DNA from: Saccharicrinis sp.
Lineage (GTDB): Bacteria > Bacteroidota > Bacteroidia > Bacteroidales > Marinilabiliaceae
NCBI GenBank assembly: GCA_024635555.1
Contig: JAGXIO010000137.1
Span: 5,986-69,985 of the forward strand
DNA length: 64,000 bases
Direction of reading: 5' to 3'
Positions within the stretch are counted from its first letter, which is position 1, and each line of letters begins with the position of its first letter. Positions 1 to 8,929 of the stretch are shown piece by piece. The translations under genes and the position numbers were made by a program. The notes under the pieces are model-generated. The model had not been told where the DNA came from. It was given only the letters and a program-made list of their open reading frames with translations, and ran no database searches.

Positions 1-2
1 AT

Positions 3-1037
3 GTTACCGGCGCAAAAAGTGTGATAGCGCTTTCATCTGGCATGGCAGCCATTACCAACGCTTTACTTTCGCTTGTGGAGCCTGGTGGAAATATTGTTTC
101 CTCCAATCAGCTTTTTGGACATACTTATGCCTTTTTAAAAAGTACTATCCAAAAATGGAATATCCAAGTGCGGTTTGTTGATATGCGAAATTTGGATGCC
201 GTAGCTGCTGCCATCGATAATAAAACCGGCCTTCTATTTTTCGAAACCATCACCAATCCACAATTGGAGGTGTATGATATTGCTGCCTTAGCTGCCTTGG
301 CGCATAGTAATAATGTGCCTGTGGTGGCGGATACAACCGTAACACCACCCAATGTTTTTAAATCGGCCAATTTTGGGGTTGATGTGGAAGTGGTATCCAC
401 TACCAAATTTATTTCGGGTGGGGCGGCGGCCGTTGGTGGAGCCATAATAGATAATGGAACCTTTGATTGGGCTAAGTCGGAAGCGCTGCGTGTGTGGGCT
501 GTCAATTTCCCTGGAAACGCTTTGTTGGCCAGGATTCGTAAAGAAATATTTCGTCATCTCGGTGGCTGCATGACCGCTCATACAGCTCACTTTTTGATTT
601 TAGGGCTCGATATTTTGGCCTTAAGAGTGGATAGATGCGTAGATAATTGCTTGGTGTTGGGCAGGTTTTTTGAAGAGCACAACAAAGTAACCAGGGTAAA
701 TTATCCAGGTTTAAAAACAAGTCCAGGATACGCTTTGAGCCAAAAGCAGTTTTCGGGCAAGCCAGGTGCCGTAATGTCTATCGATTTATTTTCGCAAAAA
801 AGTTGCTACGATTTTATGGATGCCCTTAAAATGGTGCGCAGAGCAACCAACCTAAACGATAACAAAACGCTTATCATCCATCCCTGGTCTACCATTTATG
901 CCGAGTTTTCGGATGCTGAAAAAGAAGATATGGAACTTCGCGATACGATGTTGCGGCTATCAGTGGGAATTGAGGATGCACACGATTTAATGGAGGATTT
1001 TGAACAGGCCTTGCGCTTCGTAGGAGTAAATGGTTGA
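3..1037 (+). CDS. PLP-dependent Cys/Met-metabolism enzyme, O-acetylhomoserine/O-acetylserine sulfhydrylase (MetY-like) family; 5' end cut by window edge
   Basis: The frame is open back to nt 3 (VTGAKSVIALSSGMAA...). It has the STTKFISGG PLP-lysine motif and the C-terminal LRLSVGIED motif typical of the trans-sulfuration fold. Confidence 0.75.
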   Translation, partial: VTGAKSVIALSSGMAAITNALLSLVEPGGNIVSSNQLFGHTYAFLKSTIQKWNIQVRFVDMRNLDAVAAAIDNKTGLLFFETITNPQLEVYDIAALAALAHSNNVPVVADTTVTPPNVFKSANFGVDVEVVSTTKFISGGAAAVGGAIIDNGTFDWAKSEALRVWAVNFPGNALLARIRKEIFRHLGGCMTAHTAHFLILGLDILALRVDRCVDNCLVLGRFFEEHNKVTRVNYPGLKTSPGYALSQKQFSGKPGAVMSIDLFSQKSCYDFMDALKMVRRATNLNDNKTLIIHPWSTIYAEFSDAEKEDMELRDTMLRLSVGIEDAHDLMEDFEQALRFVGVNG

Positions 1038-1051
1038 TAAAGTGATAAATT

Positions 1052-2281
1052 ATGAAGGGGAAAGGTTATTCTGCCATCCAAAGAAAAGTTTTTATTCTAC
1101 TGTTGTTGGTATTTGTTTTGAGCACCACATCGCATGGGCAAACGGATATCGTATTAGATAGCTTAGTAATTGGGCAAGATACGGGCTTTGTGCAGAAGGT
1201 GGCCATTTTAGCAGAATCAGCGCTTGATCTCCTAACCTTTGAGGAAGAGAATTATACTTTTTTTTTGCTACCCGTAGCTGCTTATGAGGAGCGAACAAAG
1301 TTGCAATTAGGTGTAATGCCCATATGGCGTTTTTACCTTGGAAAGGATAAAAGTGTTGAGCAAAGTGAGCATAATTATTTTCGACCCTCCAATATTTCGC
1401 TTAATTTCATTTTTTCTACCAACGGAATGTACGGATTAGATATTAGTTCTGATTTCTACTTTAGAAACAATTGGTATTTACAAAATAAATGGAAGTATCA
1501 GAGGATTTTTGCCAAGTATTACCCTGTTGGCAACAATGCCATTAAAGATTCGTATTCGGAAGTAGAAATCAAAAAAATCGAATTCTTAGGGAAGGCAATG
1601 AAAGGATTTAGCAAAGAGATTTTTGTAGGGTTAAACTACGATCTGGGTATTTATGATGTAGCTAATGAAGATGTGAAAAATGGAGATATTGGCATTTTAA
1701 ATTCATATATCCCGGGATATGATGGGCAACGTGTGATTGGTATGGGCCCAACCGCAACCTTCGATAATCGCAATAATATTGTATATCCTAGCGCCGGGAG
1801 TTTTGTGAATGTGGCCTATCTTTGGTATCCTGATAAATTAAGCAATTTTACATTTTCTTCCTTAACCTTCGATGCTCGTCATTTTATTAAGCTTGGTGCT
1901 CGGGAGCAGGTGCTGGCAACACAGTTGTACTTAAAATCGGCCACCGGAAATATTCCATTTTATCGTTTGCCGGTGCTCGGCGGTTCAAACCTCTTCAGAG
2001 GCATATCTCAGCCTTATAAATATATGGATAACAACAGTATGTACCTACAAGCAGCTTACCGCTCCCATCTATGGTGGCGTTTGGGTTACGAGTTATTTAC
2101 TGGCACCGGTAAGGTTTTTCATCAATGGGATTCTTCTATTTTAAATAATCTTCACCTTATGGGCGGACTGGGCTTAAGATTTAAACTTCTGGAAAAGGAA
2201 GGACTTAGTGTACGTTTGGATTATGGTATGACTTCCACCGGCGATAACGGCGTGTATTTTACCCTTGGCGAGGCGTTTTAG
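1052..2281 (+). CDS. Outer-membrane beta-barrel protein, Omp85/bacterial surface antigen (BamA/TamA-like barrel) family without POTRA domains
   Basis: N-terminal signal peptide. The C-terminal pattern LGGSNLFRG...GGLGLRF...VRLDYG and the terminal aromatic residue (GEAF) fit this family. Confidence 0.55.
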   Translation: MKGKGYSAIQRKVFILLLLVFVLSTTSHGQTDIVLDSLVIGQDTGFVQKVAILAESALDLLTFEEENYTFFLLPVAAYEERTKLQLGVMPIWRFYLGKDKSVEQSEHNYFRPSNISLNFIFSTNGMYGLDISSDFYFRNNWYLQNKWKYQRIFAKYYPVGNNAIKDSYSEVEIKKIEFLGKAMKGFSKEIFVGLNYDLGIYDVANEDVKNGDIGILNSYIPGYDGQRVIGMGPTATFDNRNNIVYPSAGSFVNVAYLWYPDKLSNFTFSSLTFDARHFIKLGAREQVLATQLYLKSATGNIPFYRLPVLGGSNLFRGISQPYKYMDNNSMYLQAAYRSHLWWRLGYELFTGTGKVFHQWDSSILNNLHLMGGLGLRFKLLEKEGLSVRLDYGMTSTGDNGVYFTLGEAF

Positions 2282-2525
2282 GCTATTTATATATCATAGT
2301 AAAAAAATAGCTGAATATTTTTGTATCGTGAGCCTTTTCTCTTATTTTTCATGAACTTTATATGCATTGTTTTAGTTTAATACATACATCTTAGGTATGT
2401 ATTGGCATAATGAATTCCAGCTATGAATCGAGCCCACTAAGAGTCGGGACGACTTGTCTCGTAGCATTGCGGAACGAGTTGTCATAAATAGGGCATCTGA
2501 CAATTAAAAATTTAATTCTAAGCAC

Positions 2526-2954
2526 ATGAAATTTTCGAAAAAAACAGAGTATGGATTGCGATTTCTGCTGGCTTTGGCCGAACTCAGTGAGAATAAATTT
2601 ATGGGAATCTATCAGATTTCTTTACGTCACGGTATCCCAATGAAATTTTTAGAGGCCATAGCCGTACAACTTAAAAAAGCTGGTCTTTTGGAGGTTAAAA
2701 AAGGTGCAGGCGGAGGGTATAAATTAAAGCTTAGACCTAACGAGATTTCTTTGAAGATGGTTTTTGAATGTTTGGAAGACGCCTATAAAAAAAGTCTCGA
2801 TGTGTCGGGTGATATATCTAATAACCAAAAGGCAGTAGCAGTTATTCTAAACAATACGATTGACGAAGTTAAGGAAGTGCTTGCGCAAAAAAGTTTGGCC
2901 GATGTACAAAAGAAATTTAAGGATTTGAATGAAAGCTTTATGTACTACATCTAA
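2526..2954 (+). CDS. Rrf2-family transcriptional regulator (CymR/IscR-like)
   Basis: N-terminus MKFSKKTEYGLRFLLALA plus a wHTH. Only one Cys, so it is probably not a 3-Cys Fe-S type. It lies directly upstream of cysK. Confidence 0.8.
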   Translation: MKFSKKTEYGLRFLLALAELSENKFMGIYQISLRHGIPMKFLEAIAVQLKKAGLLEVKKGAGGGYKLKLRPNEISLKMVFECLEDAYKKSLDVSGDISNNQKAVAVILNNTIDEVKEVLAQKSLADVQKKFKDLNESFMYYI

Positions 2955-3116
2955 AACTATTAAAATAATAGGATTAAAATATGCGAATTGTAAACCTAGC
3001 TTAGCTTTTTAAAATCAGCACATTGTATCTGAATTTAAAATATACATATGGTAATAGCATATTAATATAGTATGTAAATCAACAAGATTGCTATTGTAAC
3101 TTATCTGTTCATGTTC

Positions 3117-3124
3117 TAAGTTTG
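3117..3124 (+). promoter_or_regulatory. Candidate Bacteroidota -7 promoter box (TAAGTTTG) for cysK
   Basis: Matches TAnnTTTG, 48 nt upstream of the cysK ATG. Confidence 0.3.
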
Positions 3125-3171
3125 TAATCAGATATTATTAATTATTAAGGACAACTATAAACAATATAATT

Positions 3172-4089
3172 ATGAGTAAAATTGCCAATAGTATTATCGA
3201 TTTGATAGGAAATACACCTTTGGTGCAAATAAACCGTCTTAATGACGGAGGGGCGCAGGTGGTAGCCAAACTCGAATTTTTCAATCCGGCCAGCTCGGTA
3301 AAAGATCGTATTGCTCATGCGATGATAGACGATGCCGAACGTAACGGCAAGCTGGATAAAGACACCGTTATTGTAGAGCCTACCAGCGGAAATACTGGAG
3401 TAGGTTTGGCTTTTGTGGCAGCTGTTAAGGGCTATCGCCTTATTTTAACTATGCCAGAGAGTATGAGCATTGAGCGCCGTAAGCTTCTCAAAAAGTTTGG
3501 TGCCGAATTGGTTCTAACTCCTGCCGCTCAAGGTATGAAGGGTGCTATTGCAAAGGCAGACGAAATAGCGGCGGAGCATAAAAAATCATTTGTACCACAG
3601 CAGTTCAATAATCCGGCAAACCCTTCTATTCACCGTTGCACTACAGCACATGAAATTTGGAATGATACCGATGGTAATATCGATGTTTTTGTGGCTGGCG
3701 TAGGCACAGGCGGAACAATAACTGGAGTGGGAGAGGAGTTGAAGAAGAAAAACCCAAACCTAAAAGTAATTGCGGTTGAACCTATGGATTCGCCTGTCAT
3801 ATCTGGCGGTCAACCGGGGCCACATAAAATTCAGGGTATTGGCGCCGGTTTTATTCCAGCTAATTTAAATATCGACATTATCGACGATATTATTAAGGTG
3901 AGTAATGAGGATGCAGTACACACCTGCCACAGGGCTGCAAAGGAAGAAGGTATTTTGTGTGGTTATTCATCGGGTGCTGCGCTTTGGGCTGCTATTGAAG
4001 TTTCAAAACGCCCTGAGTTTAAAGGCAAACGTATTGTTGTTCTTTTACCTGATACAGGAGAGAGGTACCTTAGTACCTTTGAGATATAA
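3172..4089 (+). CDS. cysK: Cysteine synthase A (O-acetylserine sulfhydrylase)
   Basis: Has the SVKDRIA PLP-lysine motif and the GTGGTITG loop. Full-length at 305 aa. Confidence 0.95.
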   Translation: MSKIANSIIDLIGNTPLVQINRLNDGGAQVVAKLEFFNPASSVKDRIAHAMIDDAERNGKLDKDTVIVEPTSGNTGVGLAFVAAVKGYRLILTMPESMSIERRKLLKKFGAELVLTPAAQGMKGAIAKADEIAAEHKKSFVPQQFNNPANPSIHRCTTAHEIWNDTDGNIDVFVAGVGTGGTITGVGEELKKKNPNLKVIAVEPMDSPVISGGQPGPHKIQGIGAGFIPANLNIDIIDDIIKVSNEDAVHTCHRAAKEEGILCGYSSGAALWAAIEVSKRPEFKGKRIVVLLPDTGERYLSTFEI

Positions 4090-4095
4090 AAAAAA

Positions 4096-4122
4096 AGGTG
4101 CGATTTATCGCACCTTTTTTTT
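4096..4122 (+). terminator. Rho-independent terminator after cysK (A-tract / stem / T-tract, potentially bidirectional)
   Basis: AGGTGCGA-TTTA-TCGCACCT stem followed by TTTTTTTT, preceded by an A-run. Confidence 0.8.
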
Positions 4123-4145
4123 GCTTGTTTTTAGCTTTACCATAT

Positions 4146-4179
4146 AAAACTCAATGAGTCCTGCGATTCATTGAGTTTT
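4146..4179 (-). terminator. Hairpin terminator downstream of carB
   Basis: 12-bp arms AAAACTCAATGA / TCATTGAGTTTT around a 10-nt loop, 17 nt past the carB stop. Confidence 0.6.
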
Positions 4180-4195
4180 ATTTTTATCCATATTC

Positions 4196-7100
4196 TTACT
4201 TATATTCTTGCCAGCTCTTTATCTTAATATCCTCCACTCCCAATTTACAAAATGCATTAATAAAAGCACTTGCCAATCGGGCATTAGTTATTAATGGAAT
4301 ATTAAAGTCAATGGCGCTTCGTCGTATCTTATAACCATTGCGTAGCTCGCTTGTGCTCAGGTTTTTTGGGATATTCACAACCAGGTCAATCTGCTTATTG
4401 CGAATCATCTCCAGCGAATTAGGATGTTGATCTGGCTCACTAGGCCAGTAAATAAGGGTTGTATCCACATCGTTTTCCGTAAAAAACTTATGCGTTCCAC
4501 CGGTGGCAAAAAGCTTAAATCCATTTTTCTTTAGTAAGCGTGCACTTTCTAACAGTTCGAGTTTTGAGCGCAGGGGACCCGATGAAATCAAGATATTCTT
4601 TTTAGGAATGGTATAACCTACCGATAACATGGCGTTGAGGATGGCCTCATCAAACGTATCTCCGATACAACCAACTTCGCCTGTTGACGACATATCAACA
4701 CCCAATACCGGGTCGGCCTTGGCCAAACGGGCAAAGGAGAATTGGGGTGCTTTGATACCCACACAATCTAGGTCGAACAAGTTCTTGCTGGGCTTTTCTA
4801 CTTCCATGCCCAACATCACCCTGGTGGCAATATCAATCAGGTTTACCTTAAGTATCTTGCTCACAAAAGGAAAACTCCGCGAAGCCCTTAGGTTACACTC
4901 TATTACTTTTAGCTCGTTATTTTTACCCAGTATTTGCATGTTAAAAGGACCCGATATATCCAGTGCCTTAGCAATTTCGCGGGCTATTTTTTTAACTCGA
5001 CGCAGCGTTTCGATGTATATTTTTTGCGGAGGGAAAACGATGGTAGCATCTCCTGAGTGAACCCCGGCAAACTCCACGTGCTCTGAAATGGCATAAGCTA
5101 CCAGCTCACCATTCTTGGCTACTGCGTCCACCTCTATTTCCTTGGCTTCTTCAATAAACTCCGAAACTACCACAGGATATTCTTTAGAAACATTGGCTGC
5201 CAATTCTAAAAAGTGCTCCAACTCGTCCTTGTTGCTCACCACGTTCATGGCGGCGCCGGATAGTACGTAACTTGGCCTTACAAGCACAGGGAAACCGACT
5301 TCATCCACAAAAGTAAAAATATCCTCCACCGTGGTAAGCTCGTTCCAGCGTGGCTGATCAATACCCAAGCTGTCCAACATCGACGAAAACTTCTGACGAT
5401 TCTCTGCATTATCGATATTCTCGGGTGATGTTCCCAAAATAGGTACGTTTTGCCCATGTAACTTCATGGCTAGGTTATTTGGAATCTGACCTCCAACTGA
5501 AACAATAACTCCCTTGGGTGCTTCCAGTTCGATGATATCTAGCACACGTTCAAACGAAAGCTCATCGAAGTAGAGCCTGTCGCACATATCATAATCGGTA
5601 CTCACCGTTTCGGGATTGTAGTTAATCATTACCGAACGGTACTTTTGCTCGCGGATGGTGTTGAGGGCATTTACACTACACCAATCAAATTCTACAGAGC
5701 TGCCAATGCGATAGGCACCACTGCCCAATACAATCACCGAATTTCCGTCTTTCTCATACTCTATATCGTGTTCTGTACCACTGTAGGTTAAATATAGATA
5801 ATTGATTTTTGCCGGAAACTCGCCGGCCAAGGTGTCAATTTGTTTAACTACCGGTAAAATATTGCGCTTTTTGCGTTCCGTTCTAACCTTTAGCAGGTCG
5901 TTTCCAATTACTTCGCTGGTGCTTTTGAAAATACAACGTGCTATCTGAAAATCAGAGAAACCCATTCTTTTAGCGTCACGAAGTAAAACGTCGGTTAAAC
6001 TCTCCAGTTTTGAGTAGGTTTTTAATTCCTTTTCTAAATTGGTAATATTTTTTAGCTTTTCCAGAAACCAGTGGTCTATTTTGCTTAATTGGTGTATTTC
6101 GTCAACGCTCATGCCCATGTTAAAAGCTTCCGCAATGGCATATATACGTTGATCGGTAGGTTCGGCTAGTTCAGTTCTTACATCTACACCTTTGAAGGGT
6201 TGGTTGGCAACAAAACCGTGCATCCCTTGCCCTATCATCCGCAGTCCTTTTTGTATGGCCTCCTCAAAAGTTCGTCCGATGGACATAATCTCGCCAACCG
6301 ACTTCATGCTGCTGCCTATCTGCTTGCTTACACCATTAAACTTATTAAGGTCCCAACGGGGTATTTTACAGACTACATAATCCAGTGCGGGTTCAAAAAA
6401 GGTGGATGTTACCTTGGTCACAGAGTTCTGAAGTTCATGCAATCCATATCCCAAACCTAATTTTGCAGCCACAAAGGCCAACGGATATCCGGTGGCTTTG
6501 GAAGCCAAAGCACTGGAACGCGATAAACGGGCGTTAACCTCAATTACACGGTAATCTTCCGATTCAGGATCTAATGCGTACTGAACGTTACATTCTCCAA
6601 CTACGCCAATATGTCGGATAATTTTTATGGCCAGTTCTCGAAGTTTATGATATTCGGCGTTCGATAGGGTTTGTGAGGGTGCTACCACAATACTTTCTCC
6701 GGTGTGAATACCCAGCGGATCAAAGTTTTCCATATTACAAACCGTGATGCAGTTGTTATACTTGTCGCGTACCACTTCGTACTCCACTTCTTTCCATCCC
6801 TTTAGCGATTCCTCAACAAGTATCTGATCCGAATAGGAGAATGCATTTTCGGCACGTTCTTTTAGTTCCTCTTTACTATTGCAAAATCCACTTCCCATAC
6901 CACCAAGTGTGTATGCAGCGCGAACAATAATGGGGAAACCTATCTTGTCTGATGCATCAAGGGCAGCCTGAACAGACGTTACAGCAAGACTAACCGGTGT
7001 TTTTACATCAATCTCCTTTAGCTTGTTGGCGAAAATTTCGCGGTCTTCGGTATTAATAATCGACTGTACAGGCGTTCCTAATACCTGAATATTGTACTTC

Positions 7101-7420
7101 TCAAAAATGCCCGCTAAATAAAGCTTGGTGCCACAGTTTAACGCTGTTTGTCCTCCAAAAGCCAATAAAATACCTTGCGGTTTTTCTTTTTTAATTACCT
7201 CCTCCACAAAAAAGGGAGTAACAGGTAAAAAATAAATTTTGTCGGCAAGTTTATCCGATGTTTGAACGGTGGCAATGTTTGGGTTCACCAAAACCGTTTC
7301 TATACCCTCTTCCTTTAATGCTATAAGGGCTTGAGAACCTGAATAGTCAAACTCTCCTGCTTCGCCTATTTTTAGCGCACCCGAACCTAGTACTATTACT
7401 TTTTTAATGTCTTTGATCAT
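4196..7420 (-). CDS. carB: Carbamoyl-phosphate synthase large subunit
   Basis: 1074 aa counted from MIKDIKKVIVLGSGALKIGEAGEFDYSG. Two ATP-grasp halves and an MGS-like C-terminus. The ORF-track start at 7597 is an upstream extension that overlaps the argR leader. Confidence 0.95.
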   Translation of the reverse strand: MIKDIKKVIVLGSGALKIGEAGEFDYSGSQALIALKEEGIETVLVNPNIATVQTSDKLADKIYFLPVTPFFVEEVIKKEKPQGILLAFGGQTALNCGTKLYLAGIFEKYNIQVLGTPVQSIINTEDREIFANKLKEIDVKTPVSLAVTSVQAALDASDKIGFPIIVRAAYTLGGMGSGFCNSKEELKERAENAFSYSDQILVEESLKGWKEVEYEVVRDKYNNCITVCNMENFDPLGIHTGESIVVAPSQTLSNAEYHKLRELAIKIIRHIGVVGECNVQYALDPESEDYRVIEVNARLSRSSALASKATGYPLAFVAAKLGLGYGLHELQNSVTKVTSTFFEPALDYVVCKIPRWDLNKFNGVSKQIGSSMKSVGEIMSIGRTFEEAIQKGLRMIGQGMHGFVANQPFKGVDVRTELAEPTDQRIYAIAEAFNMGMSVDEIHQLSKIDHWFLEKLKNITNLEKELKTYSKLESLTDVLLRDAKRMGFSDFQIARCIFKSTSEVIGNDLLKVRTERKKRNILPVVKQIDTLAGEFPAKINYLYLTYSGTEHDIEYEKDGNSVIVLGSGAYRIGSSVEFDWCSVNALNTIREQKYRSVMINYNPETVSTDYDMCDRLYFDELSFERVLDIIELEAPKGVIVSVGGQIPNNLAMKLHGQNVPILGTSPENIDNAENRQKFSSMLDSLGIDQPRWNELTTVEDIFTFVDEVGFPVLVRPSYVLSGAAMNVVSNKDELEHFLELAANVSKEYPVVVSEFIEEAKEIEVDAVAKNGELVAYAISEHVEFAGVHSGDATIVFPPQKIYIETLRRVKKIAREIAKALDISGPFNMQILGKNNELKVIECNLRASRSFPFVSKILKVNLIDIATRVMLGMEVEKPSKNLFDLDCVGIKAPQFSFARLAKADPVLGVDMSSTGEVGCIGDTFDEAILNAMLSVGYTIPKKNILISSGPLRSKLELLESARLLKKNGFKLFATGGTHKFFTENDVDTTLIYWPSEPDQHPNSLEMIRNKQIDLVVNIPKNLSTSELRNGYKIRRSAIDFNIPLITNARLASAFINAFCKLGVEDIKIKSWQEYK

Positions 7421-7460
7421 TTGTAAATGGCTATTATAAAATGGATATAATGGTATTCGA

Positions 7461-7525
7461 GTGCAAAAATAGAAATTTTTTGCAAAAATCATTTGAATAT
7501 TTTCAAAATCTGTATATTTTTGCAC
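7461..7525. promoter_or_regulatory. Divergent carB/argR control region: mirrored -7 boxes plus a central ARG-box-like palindrome
   Basis: Perfect 11-bp inverted repeat GTGCAAAAATA (7461-7471) / TATTTTTGCAC (7515-7525). Each arm contains TATTTTTG reading toward its own gene. Palindrome TTTGAA-TATT-TTCAAA lies at 7492-7507, and a further TTGAATAAATAT half-site at 7531-7542. Confidence 0.5.
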
Positions 7526-7545
7526 TGCAATTGAATAAATATACA

Positions 7546-8019
7546 ATGAAAAGTAAAGCGCAAAGATTAGTGGCAATTCAAAATATAATAAGCACACAAA
7601 AGATAAGCTCTCAGGAAGAGTTATTGCATCTTATGGAAAAGCTTGAGTTTGTAACTACTCAGGCCACTTTATCGCGCGATTTGAAATTTTTAAAAGTGGG
7701 CAAGATACCACATCCTGATAAAGGCTATGTGTATGAACTGCCTTCGGGAGCGCAAAGGCAGTTCAATGAGGTACAGGACGATTTTCCGATTGGAAGCGTT
7801 GAATCCATTAATTACAGCGGCAATCTGGTGGTTATTAAAACCCGACCTGGCTTTGCCAATGGGGTGGCCTCTGTTATTGATAGTCACGACCCATACGAAA
7901 TATTGGGTACCATTGCCGGCGACGACACAATTTTGTTGATTATAAGGGAAGGTGTTTCGAGAGGACATATATTTGAAACATTATCGATGTTTATTCCAGG
8001 GCTTAAAAGTAAAGTCTAA
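7546..8019 (+). CDS. argR: Arginine repressor
   Basis: MKSKAQRLVAIQNII...TQATLSRDLKFL wHTH and a C-terminal GTIAGDDTILLI arginine-binding core. Start moved to the ATG at 7546. Confidence 0.9.
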   Translation: MKSKAQRLVAIQNIISTQKISSQEELLHLMEKLEFVTTQATLSRDLKFLKVGKIPHPDKGYVYELPSGAQRQFNEVQDDFPIGSVESINYSGNLVVIKTRPGFANGVASVIDSHDPYEILGTIAGDDTILLIIREGVSRGHIFETLSMFIPGLKSKV

Positions 8020-8045
8020 CTGTTGATTAAGAAGTAAGAAAGTAA

Positions 8046-8789
8046 ATGAAAGACGAATTTTATATTGATATAGCGAAAGAATCCCATTTAAAATATGTGG
8101 ATGAGATACTCGAGACTATTGCAGACGCTGCAAGGGTAAGGGGTACGGGTATTGCCAAGCGCAGTCCGGGCTATATTATTCAGAAGATAAACGAAGGCAA
8201 GGCCATTATAGCTTTGCAAGGAGATACTTTTGCCGGTTTTTGCTACATAGAAACCTGGGGGCATGATAAGTTTGTGGCCAACTCAGGTTTAATTGTGGTT
8301 GAAGCATTTAGAGGCAAGGGTTTGGCCAAGGCCATTAAAACAAAAGCCTTTGACTTGTCGCGAAAAAGATACCCCGACTCTAAACTGTTTGGTTTGACAA
8401 CAGGACTTGCCGTGATGAAAATCAATTCGGAGCTGGGATATGTACCTGTTACCTTTTCGGAACTTACCGACGACGAGATGTTTTGGAAAGGCTGTCAGAG
8501 CTGTGTGAATTATGATATTCTTACCCGTACAAACCGTAAGCATTGCCTTTGTACCGGTATGTTGTACGATCCGCAGCGCGTAAAAAAGAAAGATGAAGAA
8601 GAGCCAAAGAGTTTGAGCGTATATAAAAGATGGTTGAGGTTTAAACAGTCTGTATTCCTTAATGGGGATAAAAAAAAGAACAGCAACCCAAAAAATGAGA
8701 CCGATTCAAAAAAGGAGGCTGACCAGAAAAGTGAGAACGGCAAGTCATCCTACTTTAAAAAGTTGAATTTGAAATTTTTCTCATTTTAA
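8046..8789 (+). CDS. GNAT-family N-acyltransferase conserved in Bacteroidota arg clusters (candidate N-acyl-glutamate synthase), with a Lys/Glu-rich C-terminal tail
   Basis: GNAT core (VVEAFRGKGLAKAIK). Cys cluster CQSC...CLC. The last ~55 aa are low-complexity and K-rich. Confidence 0.6.
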   Translation: MKDEFYIDIAKESHLKYVDEILETIADAARVRGTGIAKRSPGYIIQKINEGKAIIALQGDTFAGFCYIETWGHDKFVANSGLIVVEAFRGKGLAKAIKTKAFDLSRKRYPDSKLFGLTTGLAVMKINSELGYVPVTFSELTDDEMFWKGCQSCVNYDILTRTNRKHCLCTGMLYDPQRVKKKDEEEPKSLSVYKRWLRFKQSVFLNGDKKKNSNPKNETDSKKEADQKSENGKSSYFKKLNLKFFSF

Positions 8790-8929
8790 TAGCAACTATT
8801 TCTAAATTATTTAGGTTGAAATTAATTGGGCTCACAATTATTGAAGAAGCAAATTGAAAAAGAATATTAAAAAAGTAAATGTAGAGGCGAGAAAAGATTA
8901 TCAACTCGTCAAATAAAATAAAAGATAAA

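Noticed and set aside
4629-6460. Several + strand ORFs (4629-5060, 6192-6380, 6200-6460) inside carB
   Set aside because: They are antisense shadow ORFs within a strongly supported 1074-aa gene, and they carry no motifs.
7421-7597. N-terminal extensions of the carB (to 7597) and argR (from 7441) track ORFs
   Set aside because: The extensions overlap each other on opposite strands and cover the promoter/palindrome region. The conserved N-termini begin at MIKDIKK (7420) and MKSKAQR (7546).
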